From NCBI GenBank assembly GCA_965644495.1, contig CBFFSA010000001.1, positions 744,001 to 808,000 of the forward strand: DNA of 64,000 bases, written 5' to 3'. Below the pieces are notes generated by a model. That model made no database searches. It was not told where the DNA came from and saw only the letters and a program-made list of their open reading frames with translations. Below are positions 20,603 to 32,653 of the stretch, one piece after another. The DNA comes from Perkinsela sp. CCAP 1560/9. Taxonomy: Eukaryota; Protista; Euglenozoa: Kinetoplastea. Position 1 is the first letter of the stretch. Each line of letters begins with the position of its first letter. The position numbers and the translations under genes were made by a program.

Positions 20603-20851
20603 GGACAAAAAAGGGGGGTGGGAAAGGAGGGGAGGAAAGAAAGGAATAAGGAATAAGGGAAGGGAAAGAAAAAAAGGAGGCACGCATAACGGGGAGGGGA
20701 GGGCCTGAAGTGGGGTACACAGTGTATGTATGTGGGTGTCTTAAGACATCGTGATCTAAAACGTGAGCCCGCACTCTGTAATGAAAAAAAGGTTCATGCC
20801 CTGTGTACAAGTTATTGCACAAAACAGTAGTGCACAAGAACAGAAATCGAC

Positions 20852-21307
20852 CTACTCCGCGCGAGTTGCTGTCTGTGAACCTTCTCCATAGGCGGATATG
20901 ATCCGTTCCGACGCTTCACCTAGAATTTGTGCGCATCGCGTATGAAAAATCATGAGATCTTCCTGTTGTGCTTGTTCCATTTTTTCCTTCGCGGACTTAA
21001 GTGAGCTGATGCACCGCCTGGCAGCCTCGCTAAGTCGAGAGCCTTCCATGCGCGTACTGTCGATTAGCGTTGCAACCTCAGTACACCAAGCTTGGAAACC
21101 ATCTAGGAGGTCACTTTGCATTCGCTTGATTTCTTGAACTCTCGATTGAAGTTCGTTCTGCTTGGATGCCAAGGTTTTTGAGGCTACCTCTTCAATTGCC
21201 CGGATATCTTGAGTAGAAATACTCTTCACATCGTCACGAAGCTCCTCCAATTTGTGAGTTTTCTTCTTTTCCCATTCCTCCCAAAACTGATCAAATTTTG
21301 GTTCCAT
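20852..21307 (-). CDS. Hypothetical coiled-coil protein, 151 aa
   Basis: ATG start, helical E/K/Q/L-rich composition, first gene of the minus-strand cluster. Confidence 0.65.
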   Translation of the reverse strand: MEPKFDQFWEEWEKKKTHKLEELRDDVKSISTQDIRAIEEVASKTLASKQNELQSRVQEIKRMQSDLLDGFQAWCTEVATLIDSTRMEGSRLSEAARRCISSLKSAKEKMEQAQQEDLMIFHTRCAQILGEASERIISAYGEGSQTATRAE

Positions 21308-21459
21308 TATAGTTTAATACAGTACAAAAAAGGTATTTTTCGATCCTAGTATTGATAATATTATACCGGTGGTTGTACCTGTTCCTTGTAAGCTAACTTT
21401 ATAACTACACGCTTTACCCTCGATTATTGAAAAAAAAATGAACAAAAATAGTGAAAGTA

Positions 21460-21900
21460 CGCCCCCGCTCACGAGAAGTGGCCCCCCACTTTTTTTCGTA
21501 CAAGTGTCCGTTTGAGCTGATTTTGTTGTATTGTGCATATCTCAACACAAAGACTTTGTGCGTGAAGAAACGAAACAAAAAGAAACGAATGCGTATATTT
21601 TAAAAAAGAATTACTTTTTTTTCACTTTTTCGCCCTTCAATTTCATACACTCGTTTAAAGAGTGCCTTAAAGACTTTAAGGCGAGAGTAAAAATTTAAGA
21701 CTGTTTTGTCGATCACATCCTGAGGCAAAGAAGACCACGCTTTCGTACACATCGGATGAGGGAAGGTTTATCCGATGGAGGCTGTTCGTCTACCCCACAT
21801 TGGACCATGGACCTGACGTTTTTGATAGGGGAAAGGTCTGACGAGTCAAGGCCAAAGTGTCTCGTAAATAATCGTCCCTTAATTCTCCATTTTTTCTAAG
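21460..21900 (-). pseudogene. Tc1 family B 3' remnant
   Basis: Reverse strand reads SDLSPIKNVRSMVQ..VDEQPPSDKPSLIRC; adjacent sequence matches 38935-39035. Confidence 0.75.
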
Positions 21901-22517
21901 GCTCGGCGGATTGTCAACACCAACGCACCACTTTTTTTCATAAAAAATATTTTTCTTGTCATTTCCAGTGCGCCACTTTTTCTTAAAAACTGTATTCTCA
22001 TTTCCAATGCACCATCAATTATTTAGCACCTAAATCGGCTGAAGTTCGGCGTAGAAATTGTGAAAAGTAAGCTAAAGAGAGGAAAACATGAAGATTATGC
22101 CCTCCGTCGCCTGTTTTAGCACCTCAAAAGACATTGCGAGAATGTAGAAATCGTTCTAGAACAAAGGCAAGAGAGTTAATTTTTCTTTTTTGCCAAAATA
22201 GGGCGATAATAAATGTTTTAAAAAAAGTGTGAAATAATGCTTCACTTTGACCAATGAACTGCGTAGTAGTACCAATGAACTGCGTAGTAGTAAAAGAAGC
22301 TAAGTAAGCAAAGGTACGTGAGAAAGCTTGTAAAGTTAGTCTGTTAGTGTTGGAAATTTAATGACAAAAACCAACAAAAAAAAACCAACCACAATGACAA
22401 TAAATTTGAGCATTTTGTAAAGGTGAATAAATTTTTGTCTAATAAAGTTTCATACTCAAATTTTACACTTGTACTACTCTGGGTAAGTTTTTATGTTGAA
22501 AGGAAAAAGGAACGATG

Positions 22518-22717
22518 NNNNNNNNNNNNNNNNNNNNNNNNNNNNNNNNNNNNNNNNNNNNNNNNNNNNNNNNNNNNNNNNNNNNNNNNNNNNNNNNNNN
22601 NNNNNNNNNNNNNNNNNNNNNNNNNNNNNNNNNNNNNNNNNNNNNNNNNNNNNNNNNNNNNNNNNNNNNNNNNNNNNNNNNNNNNNNNNNNNNNNNNNNN
22701 NNNNNNNNNNNNNNNNN
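22518..22717. other. Assembly gap (200 N)
   Basis: Run of 200 N. Confidence 1.
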
Positions 22718-23096
22718 AGATGCCAACGGTCGCGCGCAATGAGACTTTGCCGGTGGATGTGAGGAGACCTCGCCTGTAGAATGCACGAACACCTGTTTTC
22801 CTTTCTCCTCTTTCGAACGATGGAGCGCGTTCCCCCCGTAGTCATTTAGGTTTCAACTTTTAAGAGAAAAGAAAACAACAACATCGCCTGCCATCCTCGC
22901 CGTCGTCCCCCGTCCCCCCCTTTTTTTCCTTTCTTGCACCACCTTCTTTGAAGGCGCGGATTTCCAAGAATTTTTTATTTTTATTTCAATTAATAAGGGG
23001 GGAGAAGTATGAATCGCGGCATTGCCTCTATCTTTTGACCCAGTAGACGAACCAAGTAGGTCCATTGGGGGGGGTATATGAATTGAAAACAAGCAA

Positions 23097-24563
23097 TTTT
23101 TTTTTCTCCTCTTTCTGTCTCACTTTCTCACCTCTTGACATAGAAAATTTTTCACTCTCTTTCTCACCTTTCTCTCTCACTTTCTCACCTCTTGACATAC
23201 TTTTCCCCACCTTTCTCCTTACTTTCCTACTTTCCCCTACCCAACTTTTCAACTTTTCAGGGAGGGTAAGGTCTCCCTCAGCTTCGTTTCACCCGGACTG
23301 CAGGTGGCTCCCCAACCATTCGCGCGTTCCGGACCGGGTCTTTCGACCACTCCACGGCCTGACTTGTGAACCCTTCCCTTGCTATACGGGAGGGCGCAGG
23401 CGCGGGCCTGTGTCGACAGCGACACGGTCGCGAAACAGGATACTGGCCGACGGGGAGGAGATTCACTACCCGTGTACTACCTCACTTGGGGTACCTAGCC
23501 CTCGCGGGCTAGGCGTGAGCATAGACTCTGTCGACCCGACCAGCACCCGTGGCCTATGTCACCACCATAGGATCCGTTGGGTCCGACACTATCCTTTCGT
23601 GATGGGCTCGTTCGGGTCGGGCACAGCCATGCGTGTAACCATCATACGAGCTTGTGCTCGCATGAGGGTCACATTCAATTCGGCATACAATTTATTTGTA
23701 GCCTGCTCTTCCGTAAGGGTCCCATTTGAGGCCTGTGCCCGCCTCTTTCCGACTCCCTTTAGAACGGACGTTGCGCTCACGATCCAGGAGCCCTAGCTCT
23801 CTACCACCATGGCTGTGAATTCATGCCTGCTGTGAATCCATGGCTGCTTCCTCAGCCTCCAACCGTTGGTACACCCTTTTTTCCGTGGCGTAGTGCTCGG
23901 CGAATGATCCTGCAGCTACCCAGCTAGCGTTACGAACTTTGTCCCTGTATTTAGTTTGCTGAGCGTGGGTAACTGCAAAATCAAGGACCATGCCTTTAGC
24001 CTTGGAATACGTGGGGAGAAACACATCGCCTGGCCTGGTGAGCCCCCCTCCGGGACCTCGATTGCCAAGACTGTGCTCTCGTTGGGGTGCCAAAGAGCAG
24101 TACGTCTGAAGATCCCTGAACTTCAGAGGTCGCCCACCGCTTCAGGAGATCGCCTTCAGGAGATTCGCCCGCCTGAACTTTCGTCCCATTCTGGCGGGTC
24201 AATATCTATGTCAAGGTCAGCGCCCAACGGCGGGTCAGTATCTAAAAGAGGTCCGGTGTCCGATGGCTCGCGGGCTGTATCGACCTGTGTGGAAGAGTGA
24301 ATGGATGGCTTTGGGGGAAAAGAGGGATGTGATCGGTCGCGCTGTTGGGTGGTGGGGCAAAGGAAACGACCCGTTTCGGGGTCTACGAGAGTGCCTCCTG
24401 CTTTTGCGTTCACGTCGTTGACGGCAGGTGAAAAACCTTCCGCGTCCAGTGGATTCCATCCGTCCTTGCTTGCTGCGAACACCACAGATGCTACGTTTTT
24501 TTTAAGTTTTTTATTTATTTCTGACAGGTACAAAGACCGAGTATACAAGAGTAGTATTTCCAA
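23097..24563 (-). mobile_element. Degenerate RLE-type (CRE-like) non-LTR retrotransposon, internally deleted
   Basis: RPGDVFLP......VLDFAVTH, AMVVES*GSW, LNVTLMRAQARM; purine-rich 3' UTR with a duplicated segment ending in an A-run at 23097-23105. Confidence 0.8.
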
Positions 24564-24620
24564 GAGTTTTTAGAAATATTTCCTATTGCTTACCAAGATT
24601 AGTTTTATACACCCACGTAC

Positions 24621-25280
24621 TCAAATCCTGTTGCTGGAGCAAGAAACTGTTTCAGCTGAGAATACACTACGTCTCCATTCAATTCTTGAAGTTGGAGAGT
24701 CCTCAAGCACGGTCTCACGCTCCGCGCCCGACATGTCTGCGAGAGTGTTCAGCAGGAGCTTCGTGTTCGCGTGCATCGCCCCACCGGACAGGACGGGGAT
24801 GCACACAAACTGATTGGATGGGATGAGCTCTGTTGTCACGTACGTTTTAATTTTGCGTCCAATTGCATCCTTCAATGTGTACCTTTTCTGCCGATGTTTG
24901 AGGGCGAAAGTTCGTGTACAATAGTGAAGTCGTAGTAAACGTCACCCGAGGCCCAGTGTATCACAATTTCTGGACCCGAACGAATCAAGGCACCGGTACC
25001 ACACGTGCGTTGATGCTCGTGGCGTCTTTCGGCTTGTATTGATTCACCACATACAGTGCACTTGTAGGACGACAGATTACGGGGTTCCAGCTCGCACGGG
25101 ATTCCTCCCTTAAGGCAAAGTTCATAAATGCGTCTTACCATTCTGTGGTGTTTCATTGTGGCGTTGTTTCCGTGACATTTCACTCAGCCGGAAATATGTG
25201 TAATGGCGTCATCCGATGCTAGGGTTAGGTGACATCCTGGGCAACGTACGTGGGCGGGGAGAAGAGGGTGAGCTATGCCC
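24621..25280 (-). mobile_element. Second copy of the zinc-finger-RLE non-LTR family (paralog of 15650-16424), frameshifted
   Basis: CPGC...THISG, NATMKH, LEPR.LSSYKCTVC...H...C...IRSGPE...YYDFTIVH...AIGRK..Y...VLSGG aligns by eye with ORF 15735..16424. Confidence 0.85.
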
Positions 25281-25327
25281 AGTCAGGGCATTCGGCTTAA
25301 GCTAATTATTTGGTATCTTGTTATATT

Positions 25328-26664
25328 TGATACCGGGAGGTGCCACCCATTCTGCAGGACAGCTACCCTAGTTTCTTGGTGTCTTGTTTTCTTGACACCG
25401 GGTAGTGCCATTCAAGTAATAGAGGCGGCACGGGGTGCACAGGGGGGGACACGGGGGCGGCGAGGAGGACAGCGCCCAAGAAGGGCTAAGGAGGAGTCGA
25501 GGAGGGGGGGCGGGGAGCGCGGCGGGGAGCGCGGCGGGTGGCGCGGCCGGAGCGTGGCGGGGAGCACGGTGGGAGAGCGCGGCAGGAGGGCGGCGGGAGA
25601 GCGCGGCGGGAGGGCGGCGGGAGAGCGCGGCGGGGAGCGCAGCAGCAGCGCAAGTAGAAGTCCTGTACCTTGTTGAATTTTTTTTCCTATTCTTACCATG
25701 ATCTTTTTAAATGCCACATCGTCGGAAGATTCGCGTTTTCGTCCGCGATTCAAGGCAATTGGCCGTCGAAGAGAAAAGGAATCGAGTGTGACGCGCGTCT
25801 GCAATAACGTCGCGTGCTTGTTGAAAGTACGAAGTGATACTTTTCATCTGGAAGGTTTGTTGATGAGCACGGTTAACCCATTTACGCTCCGGCAAACTGG
25901 AAAGATGGAGAGTGCTGCGGAATACTTTCAACGGGCACGTGATGAGATTGTGTATTCTGGAGTGGCGGGAAGTGAGACTTCTTGTCTCGGAGGTTTGTTG
26001 ATGAGCGCGGATAACCCCTTTACGCTCCGGCAAGATAGATAGATAGAAATTCAGACCATTTGTCTCCGTAAAGATGTGGTCTCCTACTTCCAGCGTAGGT
26101 CGCTGTGCGGGGGTTGATGATCTATGCATCACTGCCAACACGAGAGAGCAGAGCTCTCGACCATACAGGCAGCCTCCCGACATAAGGGGACGTAGAGTAC
26201 ACTGAAGTACCCGTTGATGGTGTTTTTCGTTTTGAGCCCAGAGTACAACATCATCTGCAAAAGCTAAGAGCGAGTAAGCGTTTTACCTTGTTGCTTTTTT
26301 TTTGTTTTTTTCCCCCATGACCCCCTTCACCCCTCCCTCTGACCACCCACCGTGCTATCTGCCGCGCTTCCGCCGCGCCACCCGCCGCTCTCCCCGCCGT
26401 GCTCCCCGCATCCCTCCCCGCTGAGCTCCCCACCCGCGCTCCCCGCTCTCGCCACCCGCCGCGCCACCCACCGCGCCACCCGCCGCGCCACCCGCCGTGG
26501 CACCGGCTGCACTCCACGCCACGCTCCCCTCCTCGCTCTCCGCCGCGCCCATGGTGTCCCCGCCGTTCTCCCCACCACGCTATCGCTCCGCTGCGCTCTC
26601 CGCCACCCTTTCGCTCTTCGCCGCGCCCCATTTTCGCCGGAATGGGTGGCACCGCCCGGTATCA
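25328..26664. mobile_element. Unclassified inverted-repeat element with GC-rich subterminal arrays
   Basis: 25-bp inverted repeat TGATACCGGG(A/C)GGTGCCACCCATTC (24/25) at 25328 and 26640; G-rich (25420-25650) and C-rich (26330-26640) GCGCGGCGGG-type arrays; internal ~40-bp direct repeat at 25854 and 25992. Confidence 0.55.
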
Positions 26665-26783
26665 TATACAGTCCCATTTCGAATCCTTGCAACAAACTTT
26701 TAGAAAGCATAAAATGAGCTTTTTAAATGCGGTTTTTTCTAGGTTTCTCGTATTCTTATAAGGTATAGTGCAAAATTACAGGA

Positions 26784-27553
26784 TCAGGGATAATGTGTTG
26801 TCGTGGTCGCAGGGTTTCGACGTACTGACAAATTCTTGGAGTATAAGTCCCTTCTATGACGGAGAAACTGTCCGGTCGGTAAGGTTGTGCCTTCATTGCC
26901 TTGGTTTTCCTTCCTCAATATATTATTACGCGAGAAGGGGTATTCATTATGAAATCGGCTCGTATAAGGTTGGCTACTTCGCCGGCGCGGGAGGCCGTTT
27001 TGTAGGCGATCATGGTGACCACCGCCATATCCTGAGTCATGTGACTTATTACGCGCCGCAGCTGTTCCGGCGTGACCGGTGTGGCCTGATGCAACGGCGC
27101 TGTCGCGCCCTCCCTTACCAAGACATGAGAGTACATTTCCGCTTTCAGTGTCGACTGATTTAACGCTTTTAGGACTGCAATCAAATGACTTACGTATATT
27201 CTTTTTGTTTGGAGCGACACCGAGATTTGTCGCATATACGAGACGATACCGGTTTCGTTGAGTGGAAAACCTTTTTGTGATAGGCCCTTTATCAGTCTGG
27301 TCCGTGTCTCCAAGGTTCGCGGTCCCCATAGGTTTAGAAGAGCTTCCCTCATCGAATGGTCCGTAATTCGTAGCACTGCCCGAAGTAGGAAATGTGCTTG
27401 ATCCTTCCAGTCCTGATACTTTCGTAGCATTACGTGCCCTGGAAGTAGCCTTGGTACTTGCAGCTGTCGAATTTGATTTACTGTTTTCGCTCCATTCTCG
27501 TTTGGATGTCGTGGTAAATTTTTTCGTTCGTGGTTCGCAGATAAATAACACAA
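26784..27553 (-). pseudogene. Tyrosine recombinase of a TATE/VIPER/DIRS-like retroelement, truncated
   Basis: GATAPLHQATPVT...IAYKTASRAGEVANL (catalytic Arg box), then past a stop GRKTK (catalytic Lys). C-terminal H-x-x-R/Y region absent. Confidence 0.8.
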
Positions 27554-28143
27554 AAGATAGAAAGTTATTGAGTTCGCTCTTTCAAAATATTAATCATGAA
27601 TATATTTATTTATCCCTGTAAAGTTTGAATCAAAACGGAAATCCACGCAAATGCCCGCCGGGCCAATCACGTATAGGTAATAAATAAGGTTCTTCTTTCT
27701 CGCCCAATTCTCTCCGTAAACTTTGAGAATTGTTCATCGAAATACGAACACGTATAAGATGTAGAAAATCAAGTTTTGTCATAGATGATTTTACGATGTT
27801 TATGTACAACATAATCAAAACTTTGAGCTCAATAAGCATCGTACTAATGAATATAAAACACAAATCTGAAACAAAATAAGGACGTCCTAAAATATATACA
27901 TGTATGTCATCTGCATATCTACTCTCTTGCGAACGGGTGTCACGCGGGGACCACCCAATCGCTCGTACACTACTTCGCTTCATCACTCCCGATCGCATGT
28001 TTCGTGCCAAGTTAGGCGCCTACTCCCAACTCAGCACTGCTCCTGCAACTTTTGTAAGATACATTGTATGTTCCGGTGTAATGTTCTATTGATTTTTTTT
28101 TTGAATTTGATTTTTACACAATTTGATACTAATAGCTTCGTTG

Positions 28144-28452
28144 CTACATTCTGCTTATAGGATCTGCTGGGTTTTGTTTAGAACAAATGTATTGAGCTTG
28201 CACTAACACTCCATTCTTTTTCAAGTATCGCAAAAGTCCTCCCAATTCAGTCGTTATTCCATCGGATTTAGACATTTTTCGGTTGATAGCTGCAACACAT
28301 GATGTGTTGTCTACGTACAGGTCAATACACGTGTCGTGGTGAAAATGGTGTACGAATCTTTCAAAAGCTAGACGTACCGCTCTGGCCTCTGCTCTATTAA
28401 CTTCATGATGATGATTTGGGCCTTTTGACTCCGAAAAGTTTTGGCCCCTCAA
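28144..28452 (-). pseudogene. DIRS/TATE-type RNase H fragment
   Basis: EVNRAEARAV.LA...YVDNTS...YICSKQNPADPISR. Confidence 0.88.
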
Positions 28453-28899
28453 CTCCCCAAACGGGCAGTCCGAATACGTCTTGCGACGTATCCGGCCATA
28501 GCAAGCTATGGCTGACCTCCGCTTGGAGAGGAGTTAGTTTTCCAATATTATCCTCCAATGAAGGAAGCCAATAATTAACAGCTCCAGGGTAGGAGGGGTT
28601 CGCTACTCCCCAGCGTGGTTTAACAAGTTAATCCACGACCCTGCCTAAATTTGAATTGTTGCGTGGATACTACCCTAGTTTTTTGACGTCTTGTTTTACT
28701 GACGCCGGGTAGCTCCATAACATGGGACAGTGAGACAAGGAAGGGGCCGGTGAGAGGGAGCGGGGCGGGGAGCGCAGTAAATAGCGCAGCTGAGGGAGAG
28801 AGAGATGGGGAAAACGGGAAGAGCGGCGGGAACGGCGGCGGGAACGGCGGCGGGAAGGGCGGCGGGAAGGGCGGCGGGAGAACCAAAATGGTTCGGCTG

Positions 28900-29040
28900 T
28901 GAAGGAGAAGTTGTCCATAGCGACCCTGAATGTGACCTCATTAAAATTAGAGGGGGGGGATTTGTTTTCTATTCGATCGTGTGTCCGATTGAAGGAAATA
29001 TTGACCTTTATGAGCAGCAAGAGAATTCAGCAAACGGAGG
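28900..29040 (+). pseudogene. Possible N-terminal fragment of an APE endonuclease (non-LTR element)
   Basis: KLSIATLNVTSL resembles the APE start motif L.IATLNV.GL. Short and disrupted. Confidence 0.3.
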
Positions 29041-29691
29041 ACACCGGCGTTATGTATTACTTATAATTGGTGCATGGTATCATTGCATGTAATTTAGTAA
29101 GAATATCAATAAGACTTTCGGTATTCTACTACGTATGTAACAGTATATAAATTCCCTAACCTAACCTAGATAATATCCGTATAATGACTCTTCATATGAA
29201 TGTAGTATTTCAATCTAAAAATATTTCGCACTATACTGTATGTCCTTCATAATAGCCTCATACACAAACACTACGGAACTAACGAACGGGGAAAACCGTT
29301 TTCTAGCCTCCCTAGAAAAAAATGTTTCTGTTTTGGAGGACCGGGGCCCCCTTTCATATTTTTTTCTTCTATTACATTACTGTGTTCCTCTTTATATTTT
29401 CACTGTTTTTGTTCTCTTTTTTTTTCAATAATCGAGGATAGAACGGTAGTTATACAACCACCGCAATATAATATTATAGTTGTATTATAGTCTCCGCGAA
29501 TCCTGAAAATAAGCAAAACATCTGCTGTCGAAAAACGCTCTGAAAATTCAAGTTGTAATTCGTGCAGATTAGGGGGAGAGGGAAAGGGGTGTATATTAAA
29601 GGGGGGGTCACAGTAACGGCTATGAGAGAGACTGGTACTGCCACTAATAAGTTACTTTTCTTCGACAACCTATTACTTAAGCTTACATTTC

Positions 29692-31515
29692 ATGTATTCT
29701 TCTTTTGAGCGTTTGAGTGACCTTCAGCTTCGAGCCGTGGCCTGCGTCGTCTTGCCTGCAATATCTCCGTTTGAGATTACTTCCGAACAGTTGACAGAGA
29801 TCCAAAGCAATATATTTTTAGCAATGAGAAATATACGCGAAAATTATTATTCTCATTTCAAAGATGTGGGTAGTGTATCAACGGTGCACCAAAAAATCAT
29901 TGCGACCACATCTGATGCAGGAGATTCTCATACTTTCAAAGATGCTGGAGATTCTTTGCTTTTATCAAAGGAGTGCGCACTGTCCCCTTCTCAAACTCAG
30001 ATTGACGCTGTGAATCTAGACTGTCGAAATTGTCGCCTACGCCATTTGCCTTTCTGCCCGGTCGATGGATTACCACACAAAAAACCAATACACCGCTTAC
30101 CGGGCCGCAGAAAGAGAATTCTAGATTTTGAAGCGGGAACGCATTTGAGCGACATCAGTAGTAACAATAAACCATTGACGTGCATGAATAATATTCAATG
30201 TTCCGATGCTATAAAACTCAAGGATCCTGATGTTACGAACTCAGTTTCGTATCGTTCTTTATCAGCCTTTGGCTTTGTGATGAAGCAACGTTCTCAAGCA
30301 ACAGCAGAGATCAGAAGTGCGAAATGTTATGTCTTTCATGATATAGAAGACAATGACGACACTCGGCTTTTCGCCACGCTGTGGCGCTCTATCCGGCGCC
30401 AAAAAACAACTGATTTCCTATCCATAGAGGTTAAAAATACTGTCCCGTCGGCGTGGAATGCTTTTCCATTAAATAGCTTTTGCGCCAATGCAACTGCGGG
30501 AGCTCTCACAAAGTGGCAGCAATCAGATTCATTCATTGGAACTTCAGAAGGTATGGAGAGCGTGCTAGCCCATTGGTGCGCTGAAGGTTTCGAGGAACTT
30601 GAGCCCAGACCTGCCTATTGGGGTTCATATACGGTGCCTCTACAAGGAATCTTTAAGTTTTCCGATCACGAAATTAGTTTGCTAAGGGACTCTCGTGATA
30701 TTGGAGAACCATTCGAAAATTCCGCAGATGAGTGGGAAAGCGAACCCAGCGATGCAGAATCTTGCACAACAAAAAGTCGATCGGAGGACGACACAACTGA
30801 TACAGAGGAGTTGGAAGACTTTCTTGATCGTGACGAAATATTCGACCTTTTAGAAGACGAAAATAAAAAACATGGAATAGAAACACAGGAGAGAAAGAAC
30901 AGACTGGATTTCTGTTCACAATTCTGTAAGGAGCTTTATCAAGCTCAAGTCCTGTACGACGATCTGGAGAATCAACTTGGTGAAGTTACGGGTCTATTAC
31001 CCTTTCAAGCCCTTGACGGATTTAAAAATCCTCTCTTCGATTTTACAAAGTCACCAGTTCTTCCGCCTACTTATGATATACACACGTATCCAAATTTGAT
31101 CACGAATGTCACACCCGTTATTTACAGAAAATTTCTTGAAATTCCACGCGTTGATAAAACTACTATTGAAAAACAGATTGAAATCTGTATCGGAAAAAGT
31201 GATAAAGTATTTCAAGAAGATTATCATGATGCCGGACAAATATCAAATTTTACTCCGGACATTCCCATACGCAAAGAGCTGATCAACGGACTCCTTCGCT
31301 ACGTTGAAGCGCACGCACGCCACGGGTTCACTACGGAGATTATGGTTCACGAGTTTCTGAAAGCGTATCCCGGCCAATGTAGCTTTAGAGAAGCGAAATG
31401 CGCATTACGCGTAATCGCATTTCGTAAATCGCGTGATCTATGGATTACGCGAGATATTCCACCTGTACAGAAGGACGAAACAACAAATGAAATTATTAAG
31501 CAAAACACATCATGA
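29692..31515 (+). CDS. CAF1A: Chromatin assembly factor 1 large subunit (CAF1A/Cac1)-like
   Basis: PIP-like SLSAFGF, RPAYWGSY followed by ENSADEWESE...EDFLD acidic tract, C-terminal winged-helix-like segment (VHEFLKAYP..CS......LRVIAFR....W); also a CxxC..PFCP.DG.PH finger. Confidence 0.7.
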   Translation: MYSSFERLSDLQLRAVACVVLPAISPFEITSEQLTEIQSNIFLAMRNIRENYYSHFKDVGSVSTVHQKIIATTSDAGDSHTFKDAGDSLLLSKECALSPSQTQIDAVNLDCRNCRLRHLPFCPVDGLPHKKPIHRLPGRRKRILDFEAGTHLSDISSNNKPLTCMNNIQCSDAIKLKDPDVTNSVSYRSLSAFGFVMKQRSQATAEIRSAKCYVFHDIEDNDDTRLFATLWRSIRRQKTTDFLSIEVKNTVPSAWNAFPLNSFCANATAGALTKWQQSDSFIGTSEGMESVLAHWCAEGFEELEPRPAYWGSYTVPLQGIFKFSDHEISLLRDSRDIGEPFENSADEWESEPSDAESCTTKSRSEDDTTDTEELEDFLDRDEIFDLLEDENKKHGIETQERKNRLDFCSQFCKELYQAQVLYDDLENQLGEVTGLLPFQALDGFKNPLFDFTKSPVLPPTYDIHTYPNLITNVTPVIYRKFLEIPRVDKTTIEKQIEICIGKSDKVFQEDYHDAGQISNFTPDIPIRKELINGLLRYVEAHARHGFTTEIMVHEFLKAYPGQCSFREAKCALRVIAFRKSRDLWITRDIPPVQKDETTNEIIKQNTS

Positions 31516-31884
31516 TGTGCTAGTCATACGCCAGTAGTTAGGTAGTACATTTTTTGGAGATACACTCCATCTTTGATATTAGACATACAGAAAATTACGA
31601 CATACATTTTAAAATTGATTGGCCGTTGAACGTGGACAAGAATTAGAAAAGAATTAAAAGGGGACTCGTTTATTGTTACACCCCCTTTCATTAATAATGA
31701 TAATTGAAAAAAGATTTTTACCTCGGACTGCAAATTGCTCAAAAATTATCAAAAAGGTTTCATTCTATCGTTATTCTATACTATTCCTACACTGCATACT
31801 AAAACTCTATTACTACCAAATGCCATCACATTTGTACCATTGCCATCACTCATTTGTAGCGCGAATCAGGTTAGGGGTGCTCTA

Positions 31885-32340
31885 ATGCCTCGAGACCCTG
31901 TCGTTGTTGTCACTGCTCCAGAGAACATTACCAACATCCTTCCGACATCTCAGCTTCTCACGGAGCAGCATGTGGAAAGCGAGCGTGAGCGCAAGTCTCG
32001 AGTAGAGCTTACGAAACGCAACACCTGCGCGTCTCTGGATGCAGGAAAAACAGAACGACAGGTTGCTCAAGAGTATCACCTTGAGTCCAGGATAGTATCC
32101 TGGAACATGGTTTATAAAAGAAAGCAAAAGTGGGACCGTTTGGTGCGCCGTGGCTGCGGTTCTATGAACCAGTATCAATCTCCGCGCCCGAATGCCTCAC
32201 TATATGAGGCCGGAGCCAACATGCTGCAAACTCTGCGGGAAGCTCTCACTGGAGTTACGAAGACAATGATGTTTTCGTTTTTCTCTGGTAACTCAGCTCA
32301 CTTTTGGGGCTTGTCTGAGTATGGCAAAGACGTAGTATGG
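31885..32340 (+). pseudogene. Possible pogo/CENP-B-type transposase HTH remnant
   Basis: RKSRVELTK...LDAGKTERQVAQEYHL...VS..W resembles a CENP-B N-terminal HTH; no catalytic domain. Confidence 0.4.
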
Positions 32341-32653
32341 CAAAGTTTTGGCTACGCTTTTGTCATTTTGCAAATGTGTGCAAATATGTGTGCAAAAAAT
32401 GTGGAAATGATGTTATTTCCTAGGCTAATTTTGATTATTGAAGTATACTACTGAAAATCATCTTGTATGTGCGCGGCATATATTTTAACAATTCTTGTAT
32501 CATTATTTTCGAGGTGGGTTCAAGGCTATAGGTCAGGGGCATTGCCTATTTTCTTTTTTGACAATGTTGGGATGCAGACTAATTATATTGTAGTCAAAAA
32601 ATCTGTTTTATTTTAGTTCTATTTTGACATTAACAAAGGTAGCGCCAAGTAAT

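Noticed and set aside
22423-22845. ORFs spanning the N run
   Set aside because: Artefacts of the assembly gap.
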